6,060 nucleotides of DNA from a virus. Where the stretch lies: positions 1-6,060 of IMG/VR virus record IMGVR_UViG_3300020030_000053; one strand, written 5' to 3'. How positions within the stretch are numbered: the stretch's first letter is position 1; the number at the start of each line of letters is the position of its first letter. Shown here piece by piece: positions 5,328 to 6,060 of this stretch. The position numbers and the translations under genes were made by a program. The notes beneath the pieces were generated by a model. It was not told where the DNA came from, made no database searches, and saw only the letters and a list, made by a program, of their open reading frames with translations.

Positions 5328-6060
5328 TGCCCTGCCTGTCGCCCATATGGATCCGCAATCGCCGTTATTTTGACAAGAAGAACCCTTGTCGTGATGGCTC
5401 CGATGTTGCGAAGTCCGCTTTGGCTCTCCGCCCTTGGGATGTCGCTCGTCAGTGGCTTATGGTCCCCTGCGGAAAGTGCGAGGAGTGCCTTCGTCGTCAA
5501 CGTAATGATTGGTTTGTCCGTTTGGAGCGCGAGCTCGCTCGTTGTAAGGCTGAGTCTCAGCAGGCTATTTTTATTACGATAACCATAGCTCCTAAGTATT
5601 ACGATGAAGCATTGCAGAATCCCTCTAAGTTTATCCGACGGTGGAATGAGAGGGTTCGCCATACGCTTGGCCATTCTTTTAAGCACGCGTTTTTCCAGGA
5701 GTTTGGCACCCACCCGGAAACAGGATCGGCGCCGCGTCTTCACTTTCATGGTTTTCTTTTCGGAACTAATTGTCTCTATAATGAGATCCGATCGGCTGTC
5801 CGTGATTTAGGCTTCGTTTGGCTCGCAAAAGGTACACATAAGCGAGCGCGATACGTTGTTAAATACGTTACTAAGCAAATTTATTTTGACCCTACAGAAA
5901 TAGCTAATCAAAATGTCGTTTTAGATGGAAAGTCTACATCTTTATCTTGCCTCCTCCAACATCGCCGTTATACGCGAAAATTCGTATCTGCTGGCGTTGG
6001 TGATTTTCTCGGTTATATGCCTCGTCCTTCTGCTCGTACTTCGACGTGGTCTTATTTTGA
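5327..6060 (+). CDS. VP4: Replication initiation protein VP4 (rolling-circle HUH endonuclease), N-terminal part; runs off the window end and continues at 122-458
   Basis: My frame-2 translation from the ATG at 5327 has no stop through 6060: MPCLSPIWIRN...VPCGKCEECLRRQRNDW...AIFITITIAP...PRLHFHGFLF...RARYVVKYVTKQ. The Cys cluster PCGKCEEC starts near nt 5465. RCR motif I, FITIT, is at 5570-5584. Motif II, HFH, is at 5741-5749. Motif III, YVVKYVTK with the catalytic Tyr pair, is at 5852-5875. The ORF track omits this ORF because the window contains no stop for it. The joined length is 1071 nt, or 356 aa. Confidence 0.95.
   Translation, partial: MPCLSPIWIRNRRYFDKKNPCRDGSDVAKSALALRPWDVARQWLMVPCGKCEECLRRQRNDWFVRLERELARCKAESQQAIFITITIAPKYYDEALQNPSKFIRRWNERVRHTLGHSFKHAFFQEFGTHPETGSAPRLHFHGFLFGTNCLYNEIRSAVRDLGFVWLAKGTHKRARYVVKYVTKQIYFDPTEIANQNVVLDGKSTSLSCLLQHRRYTRKFVSAGVGDFLGYMPRPSARTSTWSYF
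5940..6060. repeat. Terminal redundancy, copy 2
   Basis: Identical to 1-121. Confidence 0.95.

Larger units (their letters stand above)
1..5939 (+). other. One complete unit of a circular ssDNA Microviridae genome (5939 nt), non-Bullavirinae architecture
   Basis: Bases 1-121 equal 5940-6060 exactly (compared base by base), so the sequence closes on itself with period 5939. The content fits the Microviridae blueprint: VP1 capsid, VP2 pilot and VP4 Rep, all on one strand, about 6 kb and almost no non-coding DNA. I recognise no phiX-type external scaffold, spike or J genes. Confidence 0.9.

Noticed and set aside
4782-5749. Two long minus-strand ORFs (4782-5288, 168 aa; 5285-5749, 154 aa)
   Set aside because: They are antisense to the well-supported VP4 gene and neighbouring + strand ORFs. 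Microviridae transcribe one strand only, and the products look like low-complexity R/K/L-rich antisense translations. The same reasoning applies to the other minus-strand ORFs (3-185, 447-707, 930-1112, 1209-1391, 1629-1922, 1941-2135, 2315-2500, 2888-3124, 3215-3433, 4047-4268, 4542-4736, 4877-5128).
5604-5810. 68-aa ATG-initiated ORF in an alternative frame inside VP4, considered as a gene-within-Rep like phiX174 B or K
   Set aside because: It has no recognisable features, and it overlaps the most conserved Rep motifs, where a second frame would be heavily constrained. It is worth testing only through frame conservation in relatives.
1-6060. Search for tRNA, CRISPR repeats, integrase/transposase and peptidoglycan hydrolase genes
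   Set aside because: I saw no cloverleaf-like segment, no spaced direct repeat array, and no ORF with recombinase or peptidase/lysozyme motifs that I can recognise. The only long repeat is the terminal redundancy.

Overview
The window holds one complete circular genome of a small ssDNA phage of the family Microviridae. It is not phiX174-like; the layout resembles gokushoviruses or alpaviruses. The sequence was linearised with a 121-nt terminal redundancy: bases 1-121 are identical to 5940-6060, so the unit length is 5939 nt. All credible genes lie on the + strand. They are packed with gaps of 1-12 nt or overlapping stop/start codons, and codon usage is visibly T-rich. Three core genes are recognisable. 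The major capsid protein VP1 is at 462-2252. The DNA-pilot/minor capsid protein VP2 is at 2900-4141. The rolling-circle replication initiator VP4 is cut by the linearisation point (5327-6060, continuing at 3-458) and is 356 aa once joined. Five small ORFs have no function I can assign: an acidic 102-aa ORF after VP1, a 63-aa predicted lipoprotein just before VP2, two ORFans of 105 and 107 aa after VP2, and a 66-aa basic ORF whose stop overlaps the VP4 start (TAATG). I see no tRNA, rRNA, CRISPR array, integrase or recognisable lysis enzyme. The points most worth follow-up are: (1) the tiny lipoprotein gene, (2) a phiX174-E-like membrane ORF overprinted on the acidic ORF, (3) the only sizeable non-coding region (4881-5126), which is GC-rich, dense in hairpins and contains a GCGAAGC mini-hairpin, making it a candidate origin, (4) the absence of Shine-Dalgarno motifs before every gene, which suggests a Bacteroidota-type host. 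Subfamily, host and all small-ORF functions are inferences that need database searches I cannot run.
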